In this document: positions 35,083-44,270 of the stretch, piece by piece | Position numbering within the stretch: position 1 is the first letter of the stretch | Layout: each line of letters opens with the position of its first letter | IMG/VR virus record: IMGVR_UViG_3300024232_000022 | Span: 1 to 44,270 of that record | Direction: 5' to 3' (one strand) | Length of the DNA stretch: 44,270 bases | DNA from: a virus | Lineage: Duplodnaviria; Caudoviricetes | Notes under the pieces: model-generated | Told to the model about the DNA's origin: nothing | The model's database searches: none | Seen by the model: the letters and a program-made list of their open reading frames with translations, nothing else | Program-made: the position numbers and the translations under genes

Positions 35083-36878
35083 GCAGGCACGTCGCATTCC
35101 GCCGCCAGCCGGTGGACCAGCCGTATGCGCAAGCGCTGCGCGCCACGACCCTGCCGGCGCCGACGCGCGGCATCAACCAGATGGAAAACGAGGCGTTCAT
35201 GCAGCCGGGAAGCTGCATCATCTCGGACAACTGGGTGCCGACGCTGCGCGGGCTAAAACTGCGTGGCGGTTGTACGCGCTGGTGCGTGCTGCCCGAAACA
35301 ACGCCGATCATCTCGGCATTCGAGTATCAGAGCGGCAATATCCAGAAGATGTTCGCCGCCAACGCGACCAAGGTCTACGACGTGACGACCAGTACGCCAG
35401 TGCTGGTCAAGAGTGGGCAGGCGAGCGGCAACTATGTCGGCTCGCAATTGGCGAACGCTTCCGGCGATTACTTGCTCGCGCTCAACGACGCCGGCGATTA
35501 CCCGCTGCGGTTCAATGGAACGTCATGGGTTACGCTCACCGCCACTATGACGGTGTGGGCAAACAGTACCGCTTATGCGCTCAACGCCACCGCCTATGAC
35601 GCAAGCGACAACACCCACTGGCGAGCGACATCCGCTCACACCAGCGCCGGGGCCGGAACGTTCGCTGCGGCCCGCACCGCCAGTCCCGGGCTGTGGGTCA
35701 GTAGCGCGACCGATGGCTCATCGTTCATCTACGGCCCGGCGGGGCGCCTGGTCGTGGACGGCAAAAACCTGACCTACGTCTGGAAGTACCGCAACAGGTG
35801 GTTTTTCATCGAGGCCAACTCGATGAGCGCCTGGTATCTGCCGCTCAATGCAGTGGGTGGGCTGCTGTCGGAAATCCCGCTTTCCGGCGCCGCCACCAAA
35901 GGCGGCAAGCTGTTGTGGGGCGCCACCTGGTCGATCGACGCCGGCGATGGCATCGACGATAAGTGTGTTTTTTGCACCGACCAAGGCGAACTGCTGATCT
36001 TCACCGGCTCGGACCCGTCGAACATCAATTCGTGGCGCCAGGAGGGGCGCTACCAGATCGCGCCGCCGATGGGCATGAACGCCCATACGCTGATCGGCGG
36101 CGACCTGATCATCCTCACGGTCGACGGCATGGTGCCAATCAGCCTGGCGATCCAGAAGGACGCCGGGCAGATGGAGCTTGCCACGCTCACCCGCATGATC
36201 AAGCCGCTGTGGCGCGAGAACGTCGAGAGCCCCAAGCGCGCCAATCCGTGGACGATCAAGAAGTGGGACGAGTACGGCGCGTTTTTCGTCGCCATTCCGG
36301 GCGGCACGCCGGGCCAGCGTTATTGCCTGGCGTCGAACAACACCACCGGCGCCTGGTGCCGTTTCATGGGGTGGGACGCCACCTGCTTCATCCGCATGCG
36401 CGCGGATATGTTCTTCGGAACGCAGGCCGGCATCGTGATGCAGGCCGACCGCACCGGGTTCGACGACGGCCAGCCCTACGTCGCCACTTTGGTCGGCGGC
36501 TGGGAGATGTTCAAAGCGCCGTCGCAGCAGATCACGCTGCATCAGATGCGTGCGATCTTCACCTCCAGGGCGAACGAGCCGTTTCAGCCGCAACTATCGG
36601 CCACGGTGGATTTTCAAGTGATTATTCCGCCGCCGCCCGAGATTGGCCTGGACCCTGGCCTCGCCGATGTTTGGGACGAGGGGCTGTGGGACGATGCGCT
36701 ATGGGATGCGCCGGGTCTTGGTCGCCCGCCGCATCGCAACACGCTGTGGGTTTCAATTGGAATGACCGGCTTCGCGCATGCGCCGATCGTGCAGGTCTAC
36801 GTCGGCCAGCAGGCGCGGCCGAACGTCGAATTGGTTGCGCTTGGTGCGACCTATGAGATCGCCGGCGTGAACGTCTAG
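35079..36878 (+). CDS. Tail hub / nozzle protein (P22 gp10-like position) with CBM5/12-like insert
   Basis: LPAPTRG start, beta-propeller-like composition; insert WANSTAY...WRATSAHTS...PGLW. Confidence 0.7.
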   Translation: MSRHVAFRRQPVDQPYAQALRATTLPAPTRGINQMENEAFMQPGSCIISDNWVPTLRGLKLRGGCTRWCVLPETTPIISAFEYQSGNIQKMFAANATKVYDVTTSTPVLVKSGQASGNYVGSQLANASGDYLLALNDAGDYPLRFNGTSWVTLTATMTVWANSTAYALNATAYDASDNTHWRATSAHTSAGAGTFAAARTASPGLWVSSATDGSSFIYGPAGRLVVDGKNLTYVWKYRNRWFFIEANSMSAWYLPLNAVGGLLSEIPLSGAATKGGKLLWGATWSIDAGDGIDDKCVFCTDQGELLIFTGSDPSNINSWRQEGRYQIAPPMGMNAHTLIGGDLIILTVDGMVPISLAIQKDAGQMELATLTRMIKPLWRENVESPKRANPWTIKKWDEYGAFFVAIPGGTPGQRYCLASNNTTGAWCRFMGWDATCFIRMRADMFFGTQAGIVMQADRTGFDDGQPYVATLVGGWEMFKAPSQQITLHQMRAIFTSRANEPFQPQLSATVDFQVIIPPPPEIGLDPGLADVWDEGLWDDALWDAPGLGRPPHRNTLWVSIGMTGFAHAPIVQVYVGQQARPNVELVALGATYEIAGVNV

Positions 36879-36888
36879 GGAGTGTGGC

Positions 36889-37980
36889 ATGACGCTGGGC
36901 TTGAACGATGGCAACGACGAGGAGACGCGGCGCAACGCGATCGCCGCTGCGATACTGGCACAGCAGGCCGCGTTCCAGCACGGGCCGATTGGTGGTGAGT
37001 ATAGAGGGGAGCCGCAGGGCACGCCGTTTATCGCGGGCGATTATGATCCTGCGGCGGCTGATCCCAATCCCGATCCTGGCTATACAAGCGTCAGTCCCTT
37101 TGGCCGAAGCGGCGACGACACGAGTGATCAATCCCAGGCTGCTCAGGGCCGGGACGCCGCCGCAATGGCGGCAGCCGCGCAAACTGCGGGACGCGATTTT
37201 AGCGGAAACGCCATTACTGGCCCGCTCAGTGGCCCCGGCTTTGGGACTGGCTTTGGCTCTACGTTTGGCTCTGCTCAAACCGCACAGAATGCGCCAGCAG
37301 CGACGGGATACACTGATCCGTTTGGCTCCTCGACAACGAACCAGCCCGGCGCAACGCCCGTATCGACGACGTCTTTCACCAACCCGAATACTACCCCAAC
37401 GAATACGTTCAATGATCGATGGGGAGGCATGCCGACTGCTACTCCGCAGGATATATTTGATCCAAATCCGACACAGACGGCAGTACCAGCTACCCCTAAC
37501 ATGCTCCCGGAAATCGTTGTCACGGCGCCGCGTGATCAACCCCCCGGCATACCTCCTGACCCGAACGATCCGAACGATCCGAACGACCCGAGCGATCCTG
37601 GTACTCCCGGCGGCGACTTTTCTGCTACCGGCTGGGGCGGCTTCGGGGGCTTTGGCGCCTTCGGTGGCGGCGCCGCCACGGGCGGTTTCGAGGGCAGCGC
37701 TTCGATGAGCAATACCGGCGGCGCGCAGGGCTTTTCTCCTGGCGGCGGAGGCTATGGCGACTTTGGCGCAGCCAGCCCTGGTTTCGGCGGCATGAGCGCG
37801 GCGGCAAGCGCCGCAGCATCTGACGCAGCAGCCTCCGCTGCGGCAGGCTTTGCAGGCAGTGGTGGTTTTGACACGGGCGGCAGCGGCGATACCAGTGGTG
37901 CGGGGCAAGGTGGCGGCAGCAGCAGCGATGGCAGTAGCAGCAGCGGCGACACGACCGGCGGCAGCAGCGGGGTCGGGTGA
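36889..37980 (+). CDS. Low-complexity Gly/Ser/Thr/Pro/Asp-rich protein
   Basis: GGGAG RBS; fills the gap between tail genes; DPN tandem repeat at ~37558-37600. Confidence 0.6.
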   Translation: MTLGLNDGNDEETRRNAIAAAILAQQAAFQHGPIGGEYRGEPQGTPFIAGDYDPAAADPNPDPGYTSVSPFGRSGDDTSDQSQAAQGRDAAAMAAAAQTAGRDFSGNAITGPLSGPGFGTGFGSTFGSAQTAQNAPAATGYTDPFGSSTTNQPGATPVSTTSFTNPNTTPTNTFNDRWGGMPTATPQDIFDPNPTQTAVPATPNMLPEIVVTAPRDQPPGIPPDPNDPNDPNDPSDPGTPGGDFSATGWGGFGGFGAFGGGAATGGFEGSASMSNTGGAQGFSPGGGGYGDFGAASPGFGGMSAAASAAASDAAASAAAGFAGSGGFDTGGSGDTSGAGQGGGSSSDGSSSSGDTTGGSSGVG

Positions 37981-38459
37981 TGCTGCGCTACGTCTACGAT
38001 CAGCCCGAGACGGTCGCGACCGCGGTCGCGAAGATGATCCCGCACATGCACGGCCGCCCGTTCGGCAAGTGCAAGGCGCTCGGCATCATCGACGAACAGG
38101 GCCGCATGATCGCGGGCATCGTCTATCACAACTGGATGCCGGAAGCCGGCGTAGTCGACATTAGCGTGGCGGCATTGCCAAAGACCGGGTGGTTTTCACG
38201 TGAAACGGTGTGGCGGATGTATGCCTGGCCGTTCATCGACATGGAAGCGCAGATGGTTTCGCACCTCGTCCCGGCCGATGCACTGCACACGCAGCGCCAA
38301 CTCGCGACACTTGGCTGCATGCTGATCGACATTCCGCGCATTCTCGGTCGCGATCGCGACGGCGTGCTCGCCCTGCTGACACGCGAGGCGTGGGAAAGCA
38401 GCAAATTCCATCAGCGCTGCGCGCGCTCACGAAATATTTCAATGGAGGAGGCTGCATAA
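37980..38459 (+). CDS. GNAT-fold phage protein
   Basis: ALGII...IAGIVYHNW...MYAWPF...GRDRDG.L..LTREAW; typical position ahead of podovirus ejection genes. Confidence 0.7.
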   Translation: MLRYVYDQPETVATAVAKMIPHMHGRPFGKCKALGIIDEQGRMIAGIVYHNWMPEAGVVDISVAALPKTGWFSRETVWRMYAWPFIDMEAQMVSHLVPADALHTQRQLATLGCMLIDIPRILGRDRDGVLALLTREAWESSKFHQRCARSRNISMEEAA

Positions 38460-38885
38460 ATGCCCGGTGGAATGTACGGACAAGGGGCTCCGCAGGCGGC
38501 ACAGCCTCCCGGCATGGGTGCAGCACACTTGCCACAGAATATCATGCAGCAAAGCCCGGGCGACATCTCGGGCCAGCGCGACCGCATCACGCAGGCGTTG
38601 ATGGACGTGCAGAACCCGCCGCCGGTGACGCCGATGGCGCAGCAGCAGGGCATGCCGGCAGCAACTGGCGCGCCCCCGATGGCGGGCGCCATGCCGGGTG
38701 CGGCGGCACCGCAGGCGATGGGTGGCATGCCCGGACAGATGCCAATGGGCGGCGGGATGCCGCCGCTGGTCGGCCAGGGCAGCGCGATGCCGGGCCTGAT
38801 GCAGCAGCCGGGAATGTCGGGGATGACGCAGCCAGGCGCGCCGTCGCCATTGCAGCAGCCTCCCGCGGGCGGACCAGCATACTGA
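38460..38885 (+). CDS. Low-complexity Gly/Pro/Met/Gln-rich protein
   Basis: GGAGG RBS; core QRDRITQALMDVQNPPP. Confidence 0.6.
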   Translation: MPGGMYGQGAPQAAQPPGMGAAHLPQNIMQQSPGDISGQRDRITQALMDVQNPPPVTPMAQQQGMPAATGAPPMAGAMPGAAAPQAMGGMPGQMPMGGGMPPLVGQGSAMPGLMQQPGMSGMTQPGAPSPLQQPPAGGPAY

Positions 38886-38895
38886 GAGTTGCACC

Positions 38896-40398
38896 ATGAG
38901 CTTTTTAAAACCCGACCCGCCTCAACCGCCCGATCCGATCCGCACGGCGGCAGGCGCGACCGCGACCAATGTCGGCACTGCGGTCGCCAACCAAATGATG
39001 AACCAGGTCAACCAGGTCACCAATCAGGGCACGTTGACCTATAACCAGACCGGCACGTTCGACTGGAACGACCCGACCACCGGGCAGACCTACCACATCC
39101 CGCTGTCGACTGCGACGCAGTCGCTTTCGCCGGACCAACAGAATTTATCTAATTTGGGAATGCAGACGCAGACCAATCTGGGTGGTCTGGCGGCACAACA
39201 AAGCGGGTCGTTACAGAACCTTTTGGCGGCGCCGATGAATTTGTCCGGGGCTCCTGCTCAGGCCCCGATGAATTGGCTGACCGACGTCTCCGATCCCAAA
39301 TATGGCTTTGCCGATGTTGGCGGACAGCAACGTAGCCTTGGCGATTATGGTCAGCAGCAGGGCACGTTCGGCGATGCCGGCGATATCACGCGCAGCTATG
39401 GCCCAACGGACAACTTCAGCGCCGACCGGCAGCGGGTCGAGGAAAGCCTTTATGGCCGCATTGATCCCAAGCTGCAGCAGGACCGCCAAGCGCTCGAGAC
39501 GCGGCTGCAGGATCAAGGCATTCGTTACGGCTCGACCGCTTACAACCAGGCGATGGACGACTGGAACCGGCAGTCGACCGATGCGCGCCTCGCGGTGACT
39601 GCGGCGGGCGGGCAGGAACAGCAGCGCATGATGGAGATGGCGGCGCAGCGCGCCGGCTTCCAGAACGCCGCGCAACAACAGGCTTACACCCAAGCGCTCG
39701 GTCGCGGCACGTTCGCCAATCAGGCGCAGGCGCAGCAATTCCAGGAAATGCTCAACGCCGGCACGTTCGCCAACCAGGCACAATCGCAGGACTTCCAGCA
39801 GGCGGCATTGCGAGGGCAGTTTTATAATGCCGCGGCAGCGCAAAATCTTGCACGCAACCAGGCGATTTCCGCCGCACAAAACCAGACCCGTGCGACGTCC
39901 TTGGCCGAGCAGTACGCGCAGCGCAACCAGCCGATCAACGAGATCAGTGCACTGATGAGCGGGTCGCAGGTAAAAGACCCGTCGTTCATACCCACGGGCA
40001 ACCAGCAGATCGCCACCACGGATTATGCCGGGCTGGTCAACAACCGCTTCAACCAGGACATGCAAAACTACCAGACGCAGAGCAACAACGCCAACCAGCT
40101 GATCGGCGGCTTGTTCGGCGCCATTGCCGGCGCGGGACGTGGCGGGGCGTTCAATTCCGACCGACGCGTCAAGGAAGACATCGACAAGGTCGGCACTGTC
40201 TTTGGCGTTGGATCTGATGGCGACAAAGAACTGCCGATCTACGAGTACAAGTACAAGGGCAAGCTCGACGACGGGCAGCGCCACATCGGCCCGATGGCGC
40301 AGGACGTCGAGAAGATCGACAAGGAAGCAGTGGTTACGCGCAATGGCGTGAAGCAGATCAAGCGGACCAAGCTCGGTTCAATCCTGAAGGTGGCGTGA
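38896..40398 (+). CDS. DNA-ejection (pilot) protein with C-terminal peptidase S74-like chaperone domain
   Basis: Gln/Asn/Ala-rich body, glycine zipper, then SDRRVKEDI...IYEYKYK...IGPMAQDVEK. Confidence 0.8.
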   Translation: MSFLKPDPPQPPDPIRTAAGATATNVGTAVANQMMNQVNQVTNQGTLTYNQTGTFDWNDPTTGQTYHIPLSTATQSLSPDQQNLSNLGMQTQTNLGGLAAQQSGSLQNLLAAPMNLSGAPAQAPMNWLTDVSDPKYGFADVGGQQRSLGDYGQQQGTFGDAGDITRSYGPTDNFSADRQRVEESLYGRIDPKLQQDRQALETRLQDQGIRYGSTAYNQAMDDWNRQSTDARLAVTAAGGQEQQRMMEMAAQRAGFQNAAQQQAYTQALGRGTFANQAQAQQFQEMLNAGTFANQAQSQDFQQAALRGQFYNAAAAQNLARNQAISAAQNQTRATSLAEQYAQRNQPINEISALMSGSQVKDPSFIPTGNQQIATTDYAGLVNNRFNQDMQNYQTQSNNANQLIGGLFGAIAGAGRGGAFNSDRRVKEDIDKVGTVFGVGSDGDKELPIYEYKYKGKLDDGQRHIGPMAQDVEKIDKEAVVTRNGVKQIKRTKLGSILKVA

Positions 40399-40399
40399 C

Positions 40400-42508
40400 A
40401 TGGTAGAGCCAACTTATCGTCCCGGGGTGCTCTCCGAGAGCGGAATACTTCCGATGCTCACGGGCGACAGCGGCCCGGTATCGCTCGAGGACATCAAGCG
40501 CCGGCGCGCGATCGCGGCGGCACTGGCGACGCGCTCGCGGCCGTTCCCCAAGACGATCGGCGAGGGCCTGACCTCGATGGGCGAGGCGTTCGGCGATGTC
40601 ATGGCCGACCGGCGCCTGACCGCACAAGAGGCCGAGCTACGCAAGCGCAGCATGGCGGAGCTGAACCCGACCGCAGGCGCCGTTCCTGCCGTGGCGGCGC
40701 CAACCGCCACGCCCATCGTTCCGCCGGTGTCGTCCCGTCCGCCGGCAGCGCCTATTGCCCCGGTTGCTCCGGTTGTCGCCAGGCCGCCGGCGACAGATCC
40801 GCGCGACGCCATCGCGCGCGCGATCCAGGCGCGTGAAGGCATTGTCGGCCCCGCCGCGCCGCAGCCCGCCCGGGAGGTGGCGTCGCCGGACCCTACGCAG
40901 GCGGGGGAACAACCCCCGCAAGCTTTGCAGACCGCTACGGCTTCGGAGGGAGCTTCGCCGACCGCTGGTGGTGACGACCCTGTTTGGGCCGCGCGCCAGG
41001 GCGCGATTGGCGGCATCGAAAGCCGCGGCCAGCCTGATCCGTACCAGGCGGTCGGGGCGCCAACCAAGTACGGCCGCGGGCTTGGGCGCTATCAGGTGGT
41101 CGAGGCCAACGTCGCGCCGTGGACGCAGGCGGCGCTCGGCCAGGCGCTAACGCCGCAGCAGTATCTCGCCAGCCCGCAGGCGCAGGACGCCGTGTTCAAG
41201 CACCGCTTTGGGCAGTACATCGACCAGTTCGGCGAGGAGGGCGCCGCGCGTGCCTGGTTCGGCGGGCCGGGCAATGTCAACAAGGGCGACCTGACCGACG
41301 TGCACAAGCGGCTGTCGATTGCCGATTACGGCAAGAGCTATATGGCCGGACTGCAGGCGGGTACCGATCCGACGCGATTGGCCTATGCGTCGACTGGCAC
41401 GGCGACCGACGCGCCATCGCCCGCGGCACGGGGTGGCATGGCGATCCCACCGCTGGCTGAGGAAAACCCGGTCACCCCGAGCGACATCACGCCGGCGCCG
41501 CGCGTAATGGCGGAACTTAAGCCGCCCGGCGGCAGCGGCGTAGTCCCCGGCGCTGCACCTGCAACTCCCGCCAGTGCGGCGCCGGGCGAGTACCGGCCGC
41601 CCAAGCCGGTACCGCCGGAAGGGATGCGGCGTATTCCGCCGACGCCCGACGAGGTGCGCGCCACGCGGGCGCTGATCATCGACCCGGAAAACCAGGCGGC
41701 GGCGTACCTGCTGCAACAGGCGCAGGCCGAGCGCAAGCGAATGGAGGAAAGCGAGAAGATCCGCTACCAAGCCGACGTGACCCGCTACGAGGGCCAGGTG
41801 AAGGAGGAGCAGAGCTGGCTGGCAGGCGAGGAAAACCGCAAGGAAGAGCGGAAGAAGCGGCAGGAGGCCGACGCCTTGAAGGCGGCCTACGGCAACCTGC
41901 CAGAGCCGGTTCGGAAGCACCTCGATGAAAGCACGACGACGGCGAAGACTGCAGCCGGCGCGATCGAGGCGGTACGCGATGCCAGGGCCGCCATGGAAGC
42001 AGGCACGGTGTTCGGGTTCGGCGCCGAGGCGAAGCTGCAGGCGTATCGCGCAGCAGCCGCGGCAGGCAACGCGGATGCGCAGCGCATCGTGGCCGCAACG
42101 CAGACATTCAACACCAGTTTGGGGCCGATCATCCAGGCGACGATCAAGGCATATGCCGGCAAGGACGTGTCGAAGAGCGAACTGCAGTTCGTCACCGGCA
42201 TGGCGGGCGGCGACATCTCGCGCGACAAGCTGTCGGCCGAACGCATGCTTAGCGTTGCCGAACGGGCTGCGAATGAAACGATAAGGAACCACAAGGACAC
42301 GCTCGAGACCATGCTCAAAGGGCAAGAGCCAACCGCACACCCGGTACTGCGCTCGCTCTACGGTGTGCGCGAGCCGCTGCCGGGCGTGCCGATACCGACG
42401 GCCGCACCGGCCGGTCCTGTTATCGATGTTCGCTCCGAGGAGGAGGCTAACCGGCTGCCGCCAGGGTCGCGGTTCCGGTTGAATGGCCGAACAGGCACGG
42501 TGCGCTAA
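40400..42508 (+). CDS. Internal virion / DNA-ejection protein with lysozyme-like domain, allele B
   Basis: N-terminal 73 aa and the central domain nearly identical to 15-2135; linker and C-terminal ~300 aa different. Confidence 0.7.
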   Translation: MVEPTYRPGVLSESGILPMLTGDSGPVSLEDIKRRRAIAAALATRSRPFPKTIGEGLTSMGEAFGDVMADRRLTAQEAELRKRSMAELNPTAGAVPAVAAPTATPIVPPVSSRPPAAPIAPVAPVVARPPATDPRDAIARAIQAREGIVGPAAPQPAREVASPDPTQAGEQPPQALQTATASEGASPTAGGDDPVWAARQGAIGGIESRGQPDPYQAVGAPTKYGRGLGRYQVVEANVAPWTQAALGQALTPQQYLASPQAQDAVFKHRFGQYIDQFGEEGAARAWFGGPGNVNKGDLTDVHKRLSIADYGKSYMAGLQAGTDPTRLAYASTGTATDAPSPAARGGMAIPPLAEENPVTPSDITPAPRVMAELKPPGGSGVVPGAAPATPASAAPGEYRPPKPVPPEGMRRIPPTPDEVRATRALIIDPENQAAAYLLQQAQAERKRMEESEKIRYQADVTRYEGQVKEEQSWLAGEENRKEERKKRQEADALKAAYGNLPEPVRKHLDESTTTAKTAAGAIEAVRDARAAMEAGTVFGFGAEAKLQAYRAAAAAGNADAQRIVAATQTFNTSLGPIIQATIKAYAGKDVSKSELQFVTGMAGGDISRDKLSAERMLSVAERAANETIRNHKDTLETMLKGQEPTAHPVLRSLYGVREPLPGVPIPTAAPAGPVIDVRSEEEANRLPPGSRFRLNGRTGTVR

Positions 42509-44130
42509 TGCCGCTCGTTTATGACGATACTCCTGCAGGGAAGCTGGTGTACGACGAAGCGCCGCGCACGCCATCCGGCTGGGAACTGGCGAAAAGCATC
42601 GGCGGCACGGTTGGGCAGACTATCGTTGATGCCGGCACAGCAGCCGGTCACGCCGCTACCTTTGGACTGGACGTTCGCCGGGACGCGCTTTCCGGATGGC
42701 TAGCCGGGGACTATCCCAGTTATTCCGCGGGCGTGGAGGCGGAACAAGCCAAGCTCGAAAAGCAACGCGAACGTAGCCCCTACGCCTCGATCGCGGGAGA
42801 TGTTGGCGGTGCTGCTCTCATACCGGGAATGGGCGGAGCCGGCTTGGCGGCGCGGCTGGGCACAGGACTGGGAAGGTGGGGGCAAGCAGGGGCGCGGGCA
42901 GCCGGCTATGGCCTAGAGGGCGCAGCGACCGGCGCGGCGCAAGGCGCCGGCACGACCTACAGCGGCAAACCCGTTGACTACATCACCAACGCCGCCACCG
43001 GTGGCGCGGTGGGTGGCGTACTCGGCGCCGGCATGGGTTCGATCTTCGGGCCGCGCGGCGGGATGCAGTCGACCGCCAAGGTGCCAACCACCGCGGAGCA
43101 GTACGCCGACAAGACTGCGCGCTACACGGCGCTGGAGAACAGTCCGGCGCTGTACGAGCCAAATGCGTTGGCACGCGCCGCCACGCCGACCGAGGACGTG
43201 TTACGGGCGCAGCGGTATCACCAGAACGATAGCCCGCGTACATTCCGCGCGGTCGATGAAATGCGTGCGCCGCCGACCACAGAACATCTCGGGATCGGCG
43301 CGCCGGTTTCGCCGGGTGACATCGAGTATATTCGCAAGGGGCTCAACCGAACCGAACCAGGAACCGTGGACAGAGATGCTTCCGGGTACGTCAAACGGGC
43401 GCTCGACAACTTCGTGCTCAACCCGCCGCCCGGCGCCGTGATGCCGGGCACAGAGCGCGCGGCGGCAGAGGCGTCTGCACTGGCGCAGAGCGCGCGCGAC
43501 GCACACGGCGCTTTTCGGCGCGGCCAACTGTTCGACAGTTTGATCGAGAACGCCACGACCAGTGCGGCGGGCGCCGCTTCCGGGCTCAACCTACAGAACC
43601 GGCTGCGCCAAGCCGCCGGCGGCGCATTGCGCATGAACGACAAGGGGCAATCGGCCCTCTCAAAAGCGCACTACAGCCCCGAAGAAATCGCGCGCGTTAC
43701 CGAGTTTGCGCGCGTGCCGCGCGGCGATGCGACGTTGCGCTACGTCGATCGCATAATGGGTGGCGGCGGCGGTCTTGGTCTTACTGCAGCTGCAGTTGCC
43801 GGCGGCGCAGGAGGCGGCGCCTACTTCGAAGACCCGAAATGGGCCGGGACGGTTGCCATTCCTGCTGCTGGTTTTGCTCTGCGTACCTTGGGCAACCGGC
43901 GCGCGCTGCGGAACATGAACGAGCTGCGCGACATGGTTCATCAGCGTTCGCCACTCTACCAGGAACGTGTCGCCACCGCGCCGATGGTACCACCACCCGG
44001 TGGTGGCATCCCTGCTACTTTGCGCGATGCCATGGCGATCGAGGTGCTGCGCCAACAAGGCGATTTCCCACCAGGCGACGAGGATACGAGCGGCATCCCG
44101 CGCATTCGCGTAACGCCTCGAGAGGAATGA
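42508..44130 (+). CDS. Internal virion / DNA-ejection protein, allele B
   Basis: Distant counterpart of 2139-3839 (LDNFVLNPPPGAV vs IDQFLSAPPPNAV; QRSPLYQ vs SRSPYGQ). Confidence 0.6.
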   Translation: MPLVYDDTPAGKLVYDEAPRTPSGWELAKSIGGTVGQTIVDAGTAAGHAATFGLDVRRDALSGWLAGDYPSYSAGVEAEQAKLEKQRERSPYASIAGDVGGAALIPGMGGAGLAARLGTGLGRWGQAGARAAGYGLEGAATGAAQGAGTTYSGKPVDYITNAATGGAVGGVLGAGMGSIFGPRGGMQSTAKVPTTAEQYADKTARYTALENSPALYEPNALARAATPTEDVLRAQRYHQNDSPRTFRAVDEMRAPPTTEHLGIGAPVSPGDIEYIRKGLNRTEPGTVDRDASGYVKRALDNFVLNPPPGAVMPGTERAAAEASALAQSARDAHGAFRRGQLFDSLIENATTSAAGAASGLNLQNRLRQAAGGALRMNDKGQSALSKAHYSPEEIARVTEFARVPRGDATLRYVDRIMGGGGGLGLTAAAVAGGAGGGAYFEDPKWAGTVAIPAAGFALRTLGNRRALRNMNELRDMVHQRSPLYQERVATAPMVPPPGGGIPATLRDAMAIEVLRQQGDFPPGDEDTSGIPRIRVTPREE

Positions 44131-44133
44131 GTA

Positions 44134-44270
44134 ATGCCCCGCAACCCCGGAACCGGCGTCTACAGCAAGCCCTCGCCCGACGTGATCACTGGCACGACGA
44201 TCGAGAGTACGGTCTACAACACGTTCGTCGGCGACGTGGAAACCGACCTGAACACGGCGCGTCCGGTCAG
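44134..44270 (+). CDS. Tail fibre N-terminus, second copy, truncated by window end
   Basis: MPRNPGTGVYSKPSPDVITGTTIESTVYNTFVGDVETDLN identical to 3843 onward, then TARPV instead of LPRPV. Confidence 0.9.
   Translation, partial: MPRNPGTGVYSKPSPDVITGTTIESTVYNTFVGDVETDLNTARPV

Larger units (their letters stand above)
1..44270. mobile_element. Podovirus-like dsDNA phage genome (unit length about 40,385 bp) plus a second, divergent copy of about 3.9 kb
   Basis: Terminase, portal, scaffold, capsid, tail, ejection and primase-helicase genes in phage order; no tape measure protein and no host housekeeping genes; position 1 matches position 40386. Confidence 0.93.
40386..44270 (+). repeat. Copy B of the imperfect terminal direct repeat
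   Basis: Same anchors as 1-3979 with mostly synonymous substitutions; different intervening blocks. Confidence 0.95.

Overview
The window is an apparently complete, roughly 40.4-kb, GC-rich tailed-phage genome of podovirus type. The host is probably alphaproteobacterial (Rhizobiales-like), inferred from a GcrA homologue and a VPGPIVGAG-type sorting-signal protein. The first ~3.98 kb recurs at 40386-44270 as a different allele rather than an exact terminal repeat. Gene order: ejection proteins, tail fibre, membrane/lysis-type genes, a leftward accessory block, a divergent promoter, early genes (Cro-like, Lar-like, GcrA, small repeat-module genes, VRR-NUC, Cas4-like nuclease, SSB-like, primase-helicase), a likely iteron origin, a second divergent control region, terminase, portal, Ig/cadherin/lectin proteins, scaffold, capsid, tail and ejection genes. 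I recognised no integrase, DNA polymerase, tRNA, CRISPR array, reverse transcriptase or endolysin. Main observations: (1) two unrelated HNH endonuclease genes each sit inside the 5' end of a gene without an intron, leaving a translated stub upstream and a recoded replacement N-terminus downstream; (2) two alternative versions of the DNA-ejection module, bounded by near-identical anchors; (3) an array of small genes built from repeated MTDIVERLR / EAADEIERLR modules; (4) a phage-borne PEP-CTERM-like surface protein and an unlisted secreted 4-Cys micropeptide. All product calls come from motif recognition and synteny by eye; no searches were run.
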